Assembly: GCA_973895155.1 (NCBI GenBank)
Contig: OZ316894.1
Coordinates: 18,948,805 to 19,012,804 of the forward strand
DNA: 64,000 nt
Origin: Marsupella aquatica
Lineage: Eukaryota > Plantae > Marchantiophyta
Reading direction: 5' to 3'
In this document: piece after piece, positions 47,933-61,049 of the stretch
How positions within the stretch are numbered: the stretch's first letter is position 1
Layout: each line of letters opens with the position of its first letter
The notes under the pieces: generated by a model
Database searches by the model: none
Seen by the model: the letters and a program-made list of their open reading frames with translations, nothing else
Told to the model about the DNA's origin: nothing
Translations under genes and position numbers: made by a program

Positions 47933-50900
47933 ATACTGCTGCACTGGTTCAAGAATCTCATAAATAATTGGTATTGTGCTTGCTTCCAAGCTACACATTC
48001 ATGAATACAAACTTTCCCCCAAAAACGTGTGCCTAGAATTGAGGGTTATGCAATGATCACATTGAACGAAACCGAGCCCTTGTAAACCCGAATTTCTTCA
48101 AAGCGAAGGTCAGGTTTCAGAATCCAGCGAAGTGCCTGGAATTATCGAACCGGGTGCTTCCATGGCGGGCATTGCTAAGGAATACTGTAAGCATCCTTGG
48201 CGCGGCTGTACAACACAAATCAATTCTTGCGAATCCGAAACGCATAGTGCTTGAGGAATCGTCGATCACCCATCCAACATTTCCTCCGACATTGCCGGTG
48301 TGTACCTGTTTACCAAGTCCAATCGGGACTCGTATTAGACGTGGGGGTTCTTGTCGACCTCCAAATGCCGTAGTGGTTGTTATGTCTCTCGTCTGTCAGA
48401 TGGACATTCCTTTCGAGTGTCCTCACCTTTAGGACAGGTGAGCGTAGCTACACTCAGAGCAAAACGAATCAAACAAAATGACTTCTCTCCGGTTATTTCA
48501 AGCCACCAGAAGTCCAGAACGGCTATGAGCTGAGTCTACTCATTCTCGTCCTGTCATCTGTTCCTTTACAACGTGCAGACAGTAGTGGGGTTTCTGACCT
48601 TGAAAGATTTCATTGAATTTTCTGTCAGCATGCGGGTTTTGTCATCGTAGGAGCTAGAGAGTTGTCGTCGCTATTGCAATATTAATGTATTCTTCGATGC
48701 AAACGAAGTTCGCTGTCCGGCATGTACTACACCGGATCGATCTGATCAGCCAGAGTCGGGCACGACTTACGCTCGCAGAATCTTTCTTGGACATGCAAAG
48801 CCAAAGGTCCAGTACGTGGTGAAGGTGTCAACTCAAGCGCGACGCAGACGAGACCCAAGGCGGTAGCGCTGGCCCACCCATGGGCAGTTCCGAGCCAGCT
48901 CCACCAAGAACAGCGCCCGGGCGACCACAACCAACCAACTAATTAGCCAAGCTAGCTACTGAATTCTTGACTATGCAGGAGCTACCCGTCCTCCAGGGAC
49001 TGCCTTTGGACGATATCGACAAGGCATGCTGTTTCAATGGATGGCATTCAATAGAATATTTCAAGGCCGAAATGATCGAGAAGGGCTACCTAGCGTGCTG
49101 AGCGAAGACAGTCTCACTTCCAGGTCTCATTTCAAACCCTAACTACTGAGTCCCTTAACTTGAAATAGTTGTCAGGCCATATTCAAAAAGGATCAAATTT
49201 TGAACACCTGAATGCACACGAGAACAGACTAGTCCTCCTGATCGTGATTCCGATCAGCATCTGAGGAAACTGGTATTCTCGTGATCGCAAATTTGCAACA
49301 GTCGAAGCAGTTGTTCTCTCATTACCTGATAAGACTGTAGCTACACAACCCTTCACTTGATTCCCCACATGGAGTATAAAGTTCACAAGTACTGTAAACG
49401 TCCTGAATCCGATTCCGTCCAAACGAACTTGAGATGGGCCGAACACGAACAGGATAAACAAACTTCCGCTGCTTGACGAAAGTCAGAAGGCTTCGATCGA
49501 TGCTGCTTGACGAAAGTCAGAAGGCTTCGATCGATAATACTGCTGGATTTGCACGTGGGGGCTACCTAGAATATATTCGGAAATGGATCAATCCTTCCGT
49601 AGTCATTGGGAGCCTTGGTGATGTGATTGAACAAATTCAGACATCAAAAATGTTCGGCGAGCTCGGCTCTTCCCTTCCTAGCTTGCTCAAAGACCATCTG
49701 TTCTATTAGAGCATCTTTCTTCAAGCAATGGCCTGCACGGAGAGCAACAATCGACAGATTTTTGGCTTCCCTGAGGCTCGATCCGCTGATGTCATGATTA
49801 TGTAACAGCCATGAATAGGGAGCACTGTTCATGCCATCGATCAGCCCTTTGTCCGAACGCTGTGAAAGCTATTTTATTCAAGAAAACCTCCTACTATGAA
49901 AACTACAAATTGTTTCATGAGATGAGATTCATGAGAGGAGTACAGTACAGAGGTGGCAGCAGCCTGACGGTATCTCCAAACAGAATGGAGGACAAGATAC
50001 CTCGCTGTTGCAATTTCTCAGTTTTATCAGCTTGAATGGATTCGCTTCTGAGTCAAATACAATACGACGAGAGATACCCACAGGGGTCTTTCCGTCACTG
50101 GTGCTAGCCAATGCAAGCGAGAATAGGAGTCGTAAATTGGGACCGTACGTTGAAAGCTCGAAACACCTAAAGAAGTGAAGAACCCTAGGAATAATCATAG
50201 CTGTTTGTCCTATTGTGACCTGTTTGGCAAGTGGTGTTTTATCACTAACCATGGTCTTTGCAATGCAAGTCGGAACAAAAGACATGAAGTGGGAGAGGTA
50301 CTATGACTATTCTTGAGACGAATTAGTGTATCATTTTGGTTGGAGCACACGATGTGGGAAAGAATATAATCACACTTTGCAATTGTCTGCGCTATGGGTT
50401 CAGCTGGCCATCAAAATATAGAGAGGTTCCAGAGATGCTCTAAAGTCAAGTCAGAGCAGAGCTCAGAGCGCTTTCCACTTGTGTGAGCCAGGGCCGTCCA
50501 CTGCCTGGACCCACGCACGGTGGCCGTCTTGACTTCGAGCTGTATTTCTTGCATAGTTGAGGAGTCCGCCAGAAGCTAGCTACGCCGCTCGCATCTTCTT
50601 TGGCAAAATTCATCTCGAAATTGATACAATTCGCATAATTTCAGACGTTGCTCTACAGACCATCATTACGACTAGAGATTGTAGCAGCTCAGGACGGTGC
50701 ATGTGTCTTGATTCTCATTCACGAAGAAATCTCTGTAGAGCTGAACACTAAGATTTCTGATCGAGTTCCGTATGGCACTCGATTACGTATTTAAATGTCA
50801 TTGTCCACTGCTGACTAGCTAGCAGCATTGTCGATCTCGACAATCCCACCGTTCAACATTGAGGCGAGGAGCTCGATCGCACTTGGATCGAGTGAAGCAG

Positions 50901-51073
50901 TGGGTGTTCAATTTAAACAGAACCGGAAGCCAGGACTAGGTTCTCCATCATCCCTTTGTTGTGGGAGCCTAGATCGCCCACAATTACAGCTAGAGATAGT
51001 GAAGAAACTTGTGATAAAAGTGGAAGGGAAGGGAACAAAGCAGCACTCGAAAACATTTTAGTACAATTCAAGG

Positions 51074-52735
51074 ATGTCTCAAAATCATGAAATTGATGGG
51101 GTGCAACCAAATTCAACGGCTCGTGCAATTGAGCATACTACACCACTTTCATCCGTTGCAATTGAGGGTATTGAATTGCCAGTTGCAGAGCTAGTGCAAC
51201 CAGATGAAATTGAGGGAGGTGGACAGACACTGGCAGAGCCCATCGTGCGATCAGATTCAGCTGGCTCTGCAATTGAGGATAATATACTTTCAGTAGCGGA
51301 GCCGGAGCAGCCACAGACCCGGCCACAGAAGGGAAGGCGTCCAAGTCGAGCGTCACCGAAAGCAAGAGTGAGCAAAGTCCCGAGCACTCCAGGTTGCCGA
51401 AGCTCCATCTACCGTGGAGTCACTCGGCACAGATGGACTGGCCGGTACGAAGCGCATTTGTGGGACAAGACCTGTCGGAGCCAAAGCCAGAACAAGAAAG
51501 GCAGACAAGTCTACCTCGGGGCCTATGACGACGAAGAAGCTGCGGCTCGCGCATATGACTTGGCAGCGCTGAAGTACTGGGGCCCTGGCACCGTAATCAA
51601 TTTTTTGCTATCGGACTACACTAAACAATTGGAGGACATGGGAGAAGTCTCCAAGGAGGAGTACCTGGCATCTCTTCGAAGGAAGAGCAGCGGGTTTTCC
51701 AGGGGTGCATCCAAATATCGAGGTGTTGCAAGACATCACCAGAACGGCCGGTGGGAAGCTCGCATTGGCCGCATCTGTGGCAACAAATACCTCTACCTGG
51801 GCACCTACAGTACTCAAGAAGAGGCCGCAACAGCCTACGATAAGGCGGCAATCGAGTACCGAGGCCTGAATGCAGTGACCAACTTTGATTTGAGTCGTTA
51901 TGTGCATTGCTCGCGCCCAGCGCAAGCAGAAGAAGCAGACAATGCTCTGCCGCAAGAGAATTCGACCGAAATTCGAACATTGCCACAGGCTGCAGTCACT
52001 CCCGTCCAGGACAACTCCATCACCCAGATGGAGGAGCAGCAGAGCCCGAAGTGTGACGCGTTGCAGGCATGTGATGAGGCGTACAGCACGCTTACTAACG
52101 CATTACAGGCATGCGATGTGGCGTACCGCCAGCTTGCAAACGCGTTACAGGGATGTGATGAGGCGTTCAGCCAGCTCGCTGATACTTCTGCCCAGTCGAA
52201 GACCGGCGCTCCTGGCTCTGCTCTGGGCCTTCTCCTTCAGTCCCCCATTTTCAAGCAAATACTAGAGAGGGCTCCCGCCATGGATCTTGGTGTTGCGATT
52301 CAGCAACCGTTCCGACTGGATGATCAGTCCCATCATCAGCTGTCCCCTGATCCGTCTACCAGCCCCGCGACCAGCAGCTCAGGCATGACCAACTTGGAGT
52401 CTTATTGCGATGATATGAGTGAAATCGAGAACACTTCGATGATGGACGACATGATAATCGATGCCAGGGACCAACAACATTTCCAGGAGGAAGAGGGACA
52501 TGTCTTCGATGACTCAGAAATGCCTTCGTTCGCGGCCTTGGATCAACCTGAGGATCTGTCATTCGCCCCTTCGTCCGCTCTTGACCTGTTTGATCAAATA
52601 GATCTCTTTCCATACCTTCCAGGAAACCCCTCCTTAGCGGAAACGATGGATCAAGGAAGCACATTCTTGGACACTGTCCCGTCCTCTTTCAACTCTCTCT
52701 CCTTGCCTATTTACGCCATTAGTGCTTGCTCATAG
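51074..52735 (+). CDS. AP2-family double-AP2-domain transcription factor, WRINKLED1-like (basal ANT) clade, intronless, 553 aa
   Basis: [53 protein letters not shown], linker [22 protein letters not shown], second AP2 [25 protein letters not shown], acidic C-terminus; single uninterrupted ORF. Confidence 0.95.
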   Translation: MSQNHEIDGVQPNSTARAIEHTTPLSSVAIEGIELPVAELVQPDEIEGGGQTLAEPIVRSDSAGSAIEDNILSVAEPEQPQTRPQKGRRPSRASPKARVSKVPSTPGCRSSIYRGVTRHRWTGRYEAHLWDKTCRSQSQNKKGRQVYLGAYDDEEAAARAYDLAALKYWGPGTVINFLLSDYTKQLEDMGEVSKEEYLASLRRKSSGFSRGASKYRGVARHHQNGRWEARIGRICGNKYLYLGTYSTQEEAATAYDKAAIEYRGLNAVTNFDLSRYVHCSRPAQAEEADNALPQENSTEIRTLPQAAVTPVQDNSITQMEEQQSPKCDALQACDEAYSTLTNALQACDVAYRQLANALQGCDEAFSQLADTSAQSKTGAPGSALGLLLQSPIFKQILERAPAMDLGVAIQQPFRLDDQSHHQLSPDPSTSPATSSSGMTNLESYCDDMSEIENTSMMDDMIIDARDQQHFQEEEGHVFDDSEMPSFAALDQPEDLSFAPSSALDLFDQIDLFPYLPGNPSLAETMDQGSTFLDTVPSSFNSLSLPIYAISACS

Positions 52736-53599
52736 TCGTTAATGGTGACGCACCCAGATCGATTCGGAGGTTCATAATTTTTCTGGCTAATTCGGCTGGT
52801 TGTCCGCCACCAATGTCGTCGTGCAGTTCACAATTCTCCCTCGACCGTTCATCTGGTTTTCTGCCACTCCCGATTGTAGCAGCCGTGCGGCATTAGCGCT
52901 CACAACTCATGATTTTCTCGAGGGCGACAGACGCAATCTCCATACCAATCAGACACCGAGAGAAGAGCGAAGGCGACCTGACGGCTCCAGAGGATCTCTC
53001 GGCATTAATGTAGAAGCAGCTTATCATTCATTCTTTATGCCGACCTTGTGTTCATCAAATGGAAGAAAGACACAAGGTTTGGGGCATCGTCAATATACAC
53101 TCGGGAAAGAAAATCCCAGTCAAGGTGAATCAATTCATTCACCAGGGACAATGTCGATTGGTTCGATCGTCCCGACTCCGTTCAGTTTGAACTTTTCACC
53201 TTGTTGAATCGAAGTTTGATTGGTAGCAGTTGGAAAGATTGCTTAAAACAACATCACCATCGACGGACTTGGGCGAGCACAAGATCCATTAACTGATGAT
53301 GATGATAGGATAAATGCTGCATGCCATCAGTCGACAACATCCCTTTGAAGGGATCAATCAATAGGATTTCAATGTCAGTAAAGTGGACACTGATCGTTTT
53401 TGAGATTTTAGGCTGACCCATCTAGGATGCTCCCCAACTAGTAGCGGGGATGCTTGCCGATTTATGAGGATCGAGAAGAATAATTATAAAGGAGGCTCGA
53501 CATGCTGAAAGCTACGTAAGCAAGGCCTATACTGTCAACGAGATTGTCAATTGGATTCCTTCACATCTTTACCCCAGAGGATCGGAAGTTATTTTACAA

Positions 53600-54330
53600 C
53601 ACAGCCAACGCTAAGATCAGTCAGTCACCTCGCCAACATTTTCTTCTTGAAGAAAGATTCAAATGTATTCTGAAGGAAAGAATGCAGCCTTCGGGACACT
53701 TTTGTGGCGTCGAGACTTCAGGAACCAATTCTAATAATGCCACAGGGTGCCATTCATACTAGTTTCTACAAATGGACAGCCAACGCTAAGATCAGTCAGT
53801 CAACGAGCCTGCATTTGCTTCTTGAAGAAAGATTGACATGAATTCTGCAGGAAAGAATGCAGGCTTTAGGAAACTTTTGTGGCGTCGAGACTTTAGGAAA
53901 CAATTCTAATTATGCCGCAGGGTGCCAACATTCATACTATTTTCTACAAATGTATGGCATTGTGTAGACAACGCTAAGATCAGTCAGTCAACGAGCCTGC
54001 ATTTGCTTCTTGAAGAAAGATTGACAAGAATTCTGCAGGAAAGAATGCAGGCTTTAGGAACCTTTTGTGGCGTCGAGACCTTAGGAAACAATTCTAATTA
54101 TCCTGCAGGATGCCAATATTTATACTATTTTCTACGAACGTTTGGCATCGTACAGCCAACGAGGAGATCAGTCAGTCAACGAGCCTACGTTTGCTTGTTG
54201 AAGAAAAATTGAGATGGATTCTGAAGGAAAGAATGCATAGGCTTCGGTAGACTTTTGTAGCATCGAGACTTTAGGCAATTCTGATTATGTCGCAGAGTGC
54301 CGACATTCCTACTATTTCCTACAAATGTAT
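53600..54330. repeat. ~180-190-bp tandem repeat, 4 units
   Basis: CAACGCTAAGATCAGTCAGTCA..GAAGAAAGATT..GGAAAGAATGCAG..TTTTGTGGCGTCGAGAC recurs near 53605, 53780, 53968 and 54157. Confidence 0.85.
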
Positions 54331-55492
54331 GCCTTGGCATTGTGCCAACAAAATTCCACTGGTTGGATCGACTGTCATCTGTGGACTGTCTAAGATGGAG
54401 GTTTAATGTGACGATGCAGACTGCGTCCTTCTGCCTCATTGTTTCACAGTGGATGCACATGCAGAGTAGTCGATGGACCCTCTCTGCACTAATTTATACC
54501 CGGGTTTTTCGAGTACTTAACGCGTGCCAAGAATGGCATTTCGAGACCGAAGACATTCTTATCAACCAGCCTAGTTTTGGAGGACAAGTGGCCCGTTCTT
54601 TATCTTCTTGATCGAATGTCTTGACACTAACGGAAGGACGACATTTCGCACGCATTGAAACTTCACTTGCGGTTTGGAAATGAGGATTTCAGGCTTCAAA
54701 TAAATGGGTATGGTCAGCTTTCGCACCTAAACCACAATCATGCATATAAGCGAGACCTTTGAGATGTAATGGCTAATCTGCTAATGGTTTTAATGTGCTC
54801 TGGAGATAATATCGATGGAATCTTTCAATTGGACTCAAAGAACTCAGCCAACATCTACCCAGACACTTCACCTCTTTTCTCCACTGTCTTGAGGACAGCA
54901 AATATGAAGTGTTTCTGAAAGGACAATTCTGACCGTTAAGAAGCAAAATGATTGAAATGTGTTTTGTCCAGTATTCTGAAGACATCGCCAAAATGTCGCT
55001 CTAATGTCTCTCTTTTTTAAAGGGATTTCAACAGCTTACGATAAAGGCAGATTCTCTAGTGACTCCAAAGTATTTCCTACGACATTCGTCAACTCAAAGG
55101 TTACCTGTTCATGCAAGTGCTGAGTGAACTCAATTCAAGCAAAGAATTTGCTGGACATCAAATGAAAATTACCGTTGCAAGTAACTGTAACTTATCTTCT
55201 TAGAAACATTCAAGGCACGGATGTCTACTCCGTGAGTGTACTGTTTCTCACCTACTAGTTCATACGAAATTTTAACGGTCCGTGGAACAAATGGTTTGGC
55301 ATTCCCTGTGTTCAGCACGGAGAACAGTTTTTTAGCTGTCTATTACGATGAATTGGAGATGATTGCAAACACTCTTAAAAGACTTGCCACCCAACACCCA
55401 AGCAAAAATGATCAGGTATCTGGACAGTGGCAACCACGTAACAAAACTAGTTTTTAAGGTTACAAGTGAGGCTCGCTTTTCTCTACGATTTG

Positions 55493-55777
55493 TCAAGCTT
55501 GACAAAACTTGGCTACGAAAAGGGTTTTGCGGTTTAGCAACAACACGTTTTGCAGAATCGTAGAGAAAAGTGGAGTCAAGCTTGACAGAACTTGGCTACG
55601 AAAAGGGTTTAGGGTTTAGCAACACATTTGCAGAATCGTAGAGAAAAGTGGAGTCAAGCTTGACAAAACTTGGCTACGAAAAGGGTTTAGGGCTTAGCAA
55701 CACATTTGCAGAATCGTAGAGAAAAGTGGAGTCAAGCTTGACAAAACTTGGCTACGAAAAGGGTTTAGGGCTTAGCA
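55493..55777. repeat. 78-bp tandem repeat, about 3.6 units
   Basis: CAAGCTTGACAAAACTTGGCTACGAAAAGGGTTTAGGG(T/C)TTAGCAACACATTTGCAGAATCGTAGAGAAAAGTGGAGT. Confidence 0.9.
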
Positions 55778-56494
55778 AAAATCGTCATTGGGAACTGTTG
55801 TTAGTTACTGAAGTGGTCCAACAGGTCGATATTCAAGCCCTAATCAAGGATATACAAACTTACAAGAATATATGGAAGTCTCCACGCAAATAGCGGTAAC
55901 CTCTGGACAAGAGTATGAGCTTCGGATAGTGCTTTGGGTGGCTTTACAAGACATTGGTGGCAGTTTCCACCTTTTTCTCTGTCTCCAAGGTGTGATTGGG
56001 GCCATCAATTGGGGAGAAATTGGTGTGTGGGTGCCCTCAATTGGGGAGAAAATGCTCCTGTTCACTTTATAGGACAATGGGGGCACTTTCAACCAAATTT
56101 GTTGCCAATCCTACTTGGAATGGAATGGAGCCCAATTTTGGCTCATGTGGAGCACATTTTTGTCTACCTCTATTGGAGGTCTCTGTTTCTGGCCCCTTGG
56201 TCACTTCTTAGTTTGAGTCATTTGCATTAAATGTGGACCCATAAGTCCTTCATAAGATCTACTCTTGTCAGCTAGAGCTAGAAAAACTCTAGCCAAAGAA
56301 TTGGGAGACATTCAGGTGGAGTGGGTCCCCAACCTGTCTTTTAGCAAATTGCTCTAGCATCATTTGCTGCACTGAGTATTACAAGACCTTGGGGGGCATA
56401 AAAGGATTCCAAAAACACTTTCAGCCCCTGTAGAGGATATTTAGTGTGTGAAATGGGCCTCCAGTTTCTGTGGTGCAAAAATCTCTGGTAAAGC

Positions 56495-56626
56495 CACCAT
56501 AGCTCCTGGACTTCAAACGATAGGAAAGCTGCTGGACAAAGTGGATGGTCACCCAACCTCTTATAAGGGCACCATAGCTCCTGGACTTCAAACGATAGGA
56601 AAGCTACTGGACAAAGTGGATGGTCA
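56495..56626. repeat. Local tandem duplication (~57-bp shared block)
   Basis: CACCATAGCTCCTGGACTTCAAACGATAGGAAAGCT.CTGGACAAAGTGGATGGTCA occurs twice. Confidence 0.8.
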
Positions 56627-58239
56627 GCACGGAATTCTAGCCACTACAGTGAGTTGGAGCTCACAAACCTTTGTTCACATACTCTGTCTCTCAAAGGTTT
56701 TAGTTTGACATTGGAAGCAGTGAAGGGTCTTTTGATAGGAAGACTCTCACTCAAATCTACAAGTATATGGCCATGGACCCCCAAAATGAAAAGTGTTATT
56801 TGATGGGGCCTCTGAGTGATCCATAACCTCAGGGGTCTCACCAAGTAACTCTTTTCCTTTTGGGGAGTTCAACAAACAATACCTCAAGATTTGACCCTGT
56901 TGCTCATCAACTTTCCCCAGGTCCTGGATGACATCACCTAAATAAGGTCCTGGATGACATCACTTAAATAAGGCCCAGATGAACTGCAGGGTTCTCTTGC
57001 ACATGACGTCGAAATAGACTCTGGTATGACCTTTTACAATTTTGACTAAAATCTGAGCTGTAAACAAGCTCATGACCTTTGGCAGCTGGTCTTAATTAGT
57101 TCACCCAGTTGTAAGTTGATCCTTTTGCCCAAACAATCGGGCATCCTTTACAAAACTGAAGAGTCCTTCCCAAAATAGTACTTCCTTGCTCATGCCCAAA
57201 CTACTCAAAGCGACCTTCACAAAGCAAAGTGCAAGTTGGCCACAGTTGGTCTATAACATTAGACCATTTTGTGCTTGTAGGAAATGGAGCAAATGATCTC
57301 AGGCTTGATATTCATGACATCACCTTGGAACATATTATTTAACCACACCGATGCCTTGCAGAATTGTTTGCCTATCATCAGTCCCCTGAGTGTCCAAAAG
57401 GCCTGCTGCCAACTTCCTCAAAGATAGGCGTCTTAGCTTAATTCCAGATATAGTGCTTGGACATGCACTACCTGGAGGAAAGCAAGTCCAAGTTGCCTCA
57501 TCTACAATACAAGAGTTTGTTGTCGCTCAACAAAGACTCTTGTTGTCTTCAACCACACTGAGTTCAATAATGCCATTTCTTGTGATATGGTCTCCTGGCT
57601 AGGTTTTTCTTTTTGGGGGTCTTGTCCCCTTAATTAGGTCTCATTCCATTCTCCTGTCCACCTGGTTTGGTGCACTTTGTTCTTCAGCAGTGTGACATGT
57701 ATCATTATATAGAGTGAAAGAGAAGGTTTTGTTACAAACTTCCTACCAGGAGTTGATTGTGGAATCCTGTGGGAAAGTCATTTTGCCACTTGGTGATAAC
57801 ATACGCATCTTCGAGCAACACAGGTCCTTACTACCATGACTTTTATGGTTATAGTTTTTTGCCAGGGTGTAAATGCCATCTTGTATGAACGAGAAAATTA
57901 TGAGCATAATATTTATCTAATTTTTTTAGTTTAATTTCTGACCATTAGATTCCCTAGATCTAAGGATAGGTCTGAGATTCTGGCTAATGGGATTTGTGAC
58001 TCAGTAGCTGAGAAACTGACTCACTAAGAGAATCTGGCCAGCTTTTGTCACTAATGGTACGTATTTCTGGGCCTGGATGTCTCACTATATGGAGCTTACC
58101 AATCAAGTGCAAAGGGTTTTAGATCAAGACCCCCTACTGAATAACTGTACAACATTTTTTCTTCTCCCTTCCTTAGTAATAAATGTCACACATGTGTCCT
58201 GTCAAACATGGGTGACCACATGGGGTCATACTTTTCATT

Positions 58240-59230
58240 ACCCTGAGTTAAATCTACGTCATGTTAATGCTCCCCCACTTTCCCGGGGCGCCGTACACTG
58301 CTCGTCCCAATCCCCGATGCTGCTGCCCGCTCCGGCCCAAGTTTGGCAGAACATAAACCAATACTCTACGATTTAACGCATGCGTTCCGGTCCGATCGAC
58401 TTTGCGCCATCGACTTCGGGTTTATGTTTTGGCACCCATCACTTTTTGTCGGCCGCTCCAGCCCGGTCGACTTTGTGTCATCAACTTTTTGGAAATAAGT
58501 GTTGCCAAGACATAAACCACAACTCCATAGAGAATAAGTACTTGGCATAACATAAACCAAGAGTCTAACAATCATGACTCTCAACCAAAGTATTAGGTTC
58601 CCCTTGAACACTTAGATTCTATTACAAAATAGGTATGACTCCATCGGAAAGAAGTGTTGCCAGAACATAAACCATGACTCCATCGAGAAGAAGCATTTGG
58701 AAAAACATCAACCAAGACTCTAGAATCATGACTCTTAACCAAAATACTAGGTTGTGCCTAAATGCTTAGACTGTCTTACTAAACAAACATCACTCCCTTG
58801 GAAAGAAGTGTTGCCAAAACATTAATCACAAGTCCATAGAGGATAAGTATTTGGCACAACATAAACCAAGACTCTATAAATCATGACTCTTAACCAAAGT
58901 ACTAGGCTTGCCTTGAACACTTAGACTCTCTTACAAAGAAAATATAACTCTGTTGGAAAGAAGATTTGCCAGAACATAAACCACGACTCCACAAGGAAGA
59001 AGTCGATCACACAAACTTAAGTCGTTCGGGCAAATGTGCCAAAACATAAACTTGTAGTCGATGGCGCAAAGTCGATCAGGCCGGAGCGCATGCGTTAAAT
59101 TTAGAGTATTGGTTTATGTTCTGCCAAACTTGGGCCGGAGCGGGCAGCAGCATCGGGGATTGGGACGGGCAATGTACGACACCCCGGGAAAGTGGGGGAG
59201 CATTAACTTGATGTAGATTTAACTCGGGGT
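58240..59230. mobile_element. Non-autonomous Mutator-like (MULE) foldback element
   Basis: Inverted termini of about 175 bp (ACCCTGAGTTAAATCTAC...GTAGATTTAACTCGGGGT); 9-bp TSD CTTTTCATT (58231-58239 and 59231-59239); internal AACATAAACCAAGACTC repeats. Confidence 0.85.
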
Positions 59231-59488
59231 CTTTTCATTTTGGGGTCCCATCACGCAAATGCCTCTGTCAAACCACTAAAAAATGAATAAAGTCAGTCCA
59301 CATGATACACAATACGCTTGTCAGATTAAAAATGTTTGCCAGGAATGTGACAGGGCCGCAAACCCGGTAGTAACTTAGTGATGACTTATAATTGCATATA
59401 TAAGTAGAAAGACAAGTAGGTGTAGTAAAAGTGTTTAGATTTTCAAATTTTCAAATTTTTTTATTTTTTGTTAGTTCTAATAAATGGA

Positions 59489-61049
59489 TGTGACAACCGG
59501 AGCCCGCGAGCCGTGGGGCGCGAGACGGAGGGCCGCCCCGCGAGTAGGCCCAGCCCCGAAAGGGTCTGCCGGGGCGTAAGCGTGGGGCAGCCGGGGAGGA
59601 GGAGCCCGCGAGCCATGGGGCGTGAGACGGAGGGCCGCCCCGTGAGTAGGCGGAGCCCCGAAAGGGTCTGCCGGGGCGTAAGCGAGGTGGCAGCCGCATG
59701 GAAGTTGACTCTAGTGCGGCACGCGTTCGGAGATACAAGGCTGCTTACCGTGACTACATTGAGACATTGATTGCAAGAGCTTAGAGAAGAAGCTCAGGGA
59801 GGTACGTAAATCGTTACGAGAAGCTCAGGTCAACACGGGGACCCCGGGGATGCCACCCCGATCTGTCACCCCTGGGACTCCCATGGCCACCGGGCAGGTT
59901 TTACCGTTGGAGTTGCGGTCCGGTGAAGAGGCGGCCTTATGGAAGGACACCATTGATGAGGGGTACATTAAGGCGTGGCAAGCCTTGGCCAATTTGAGGA
60001 AGCAGGGGAGCACTAGCACAAGGAGTACCCCGGTGAAGAAGAAGAGGAGTGAAGTGGCACTCACTCCAGTGGAGAGTGATGAGGAGGGCCACTCACGGGG
60101 CTCAAGCCAGGGCACCGTGAGTGAAGAGGAGGAGGATTAGAGTGGTCATACGGACGTGGTTGTACGGCCCCTTGAATTTCCAAATTTTTTTTGAGGAGTC
60201 ACTCACGGGCTTGTTGGAAAGAGCTTGCAGAGCTGATTCCAACAAGAGGCGGCGCTCCTCAAACGGAGCCAGGATGAGCAGGTTAGGGCCCGACGAAGTT
60301 GGGTTTACGGGATACTGAAACGGCCATAACTTGGTCGTCCGATGTCCGTTTCAAGAGCGGTTGAGTGATTCATGATCAGGGGGAGCAGGGCTACCCAGGG
60401 GTGAGCTCAGAGGTGAAATCAGAGTGACACCTAGTTTTGGCAATTGTGGGGTCCCTTGCATTTTCACGGTTCACGGAGCGACGTTGGGGCGCCGTCGAAG
60501 GCACCGTCGGCCCCATTTTTAGTTTAGGGTTTTTAGGAGCATGTGTGTGCCGCATGCTTTAGGATTAGGGATTCCTCATGGAAGGTTTTAGCGGCGCCGT
60601 TAGGGTAGCCGCCACCTTTGTGACCCCGTGAGGGGGCTTTGGTGTGTTTGTTTCTAGTATTTATGGGGAGAGCCTCGGAGTAGTGAGGGGGGGAACTCAG
60701 CGTAGTGCTTTGATGCTTTTGAGTAGCTTTTGTGAGTAGCACACCGATTAGGTGAAGTTCAAGCCAGAGTAGTGAGGTGGAGAACGTAGCACTTGTCCCA
60801 GGGAGGCAGGAGTTGGGCAAACGGCAGGAGGCCGGGTTGCCCTTGCATGTGTTACGGGAAACACCAAGAGATATGGATTTGGCTTGAGGTTCCAATATTT
60901 TGTGTGTCACTTGTTGTTGCTTGTGTTGTTTGTTTTCCTCCCCTAGTGCATGTGGTCGGTTTCGTTGTGGAAACATTTGCCCTTGTCACTAGTGTTCAAA
61001 CCTTATTGTAAACGTTTGTATGCTTGCCCATGAGAGGGGGGTGGTGACA
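59489..61049 (+). mobile_element. Possible LTR-retroelement remnant (LTR-like block)
   Basis: Abrupt GC-rich block starting TGTGACA and with GGGGGGTGGTGACA at 61049; 102-bp-period internal duplication at 59499 and 59601; no TSD found. Confidence 0.35.

Noticed and set aside
48150-50300. Short ORFs and a 33-bp tandem duplication near 49470-49533 upstream of the AP2 gene
   Set aside because: Possibly decayed coding sequence, but no family is recognisable by eye
53600-55777. CRISPR-like arrays
   Set aside because: Whole units are repeated with no unique spacers, no cas genes, eukaryotic context
56850-57750. Possible decayed minus-strand retroelement coding sequence
   Set aside because: No diagnostic RT, endonuclease or gag motif could be read
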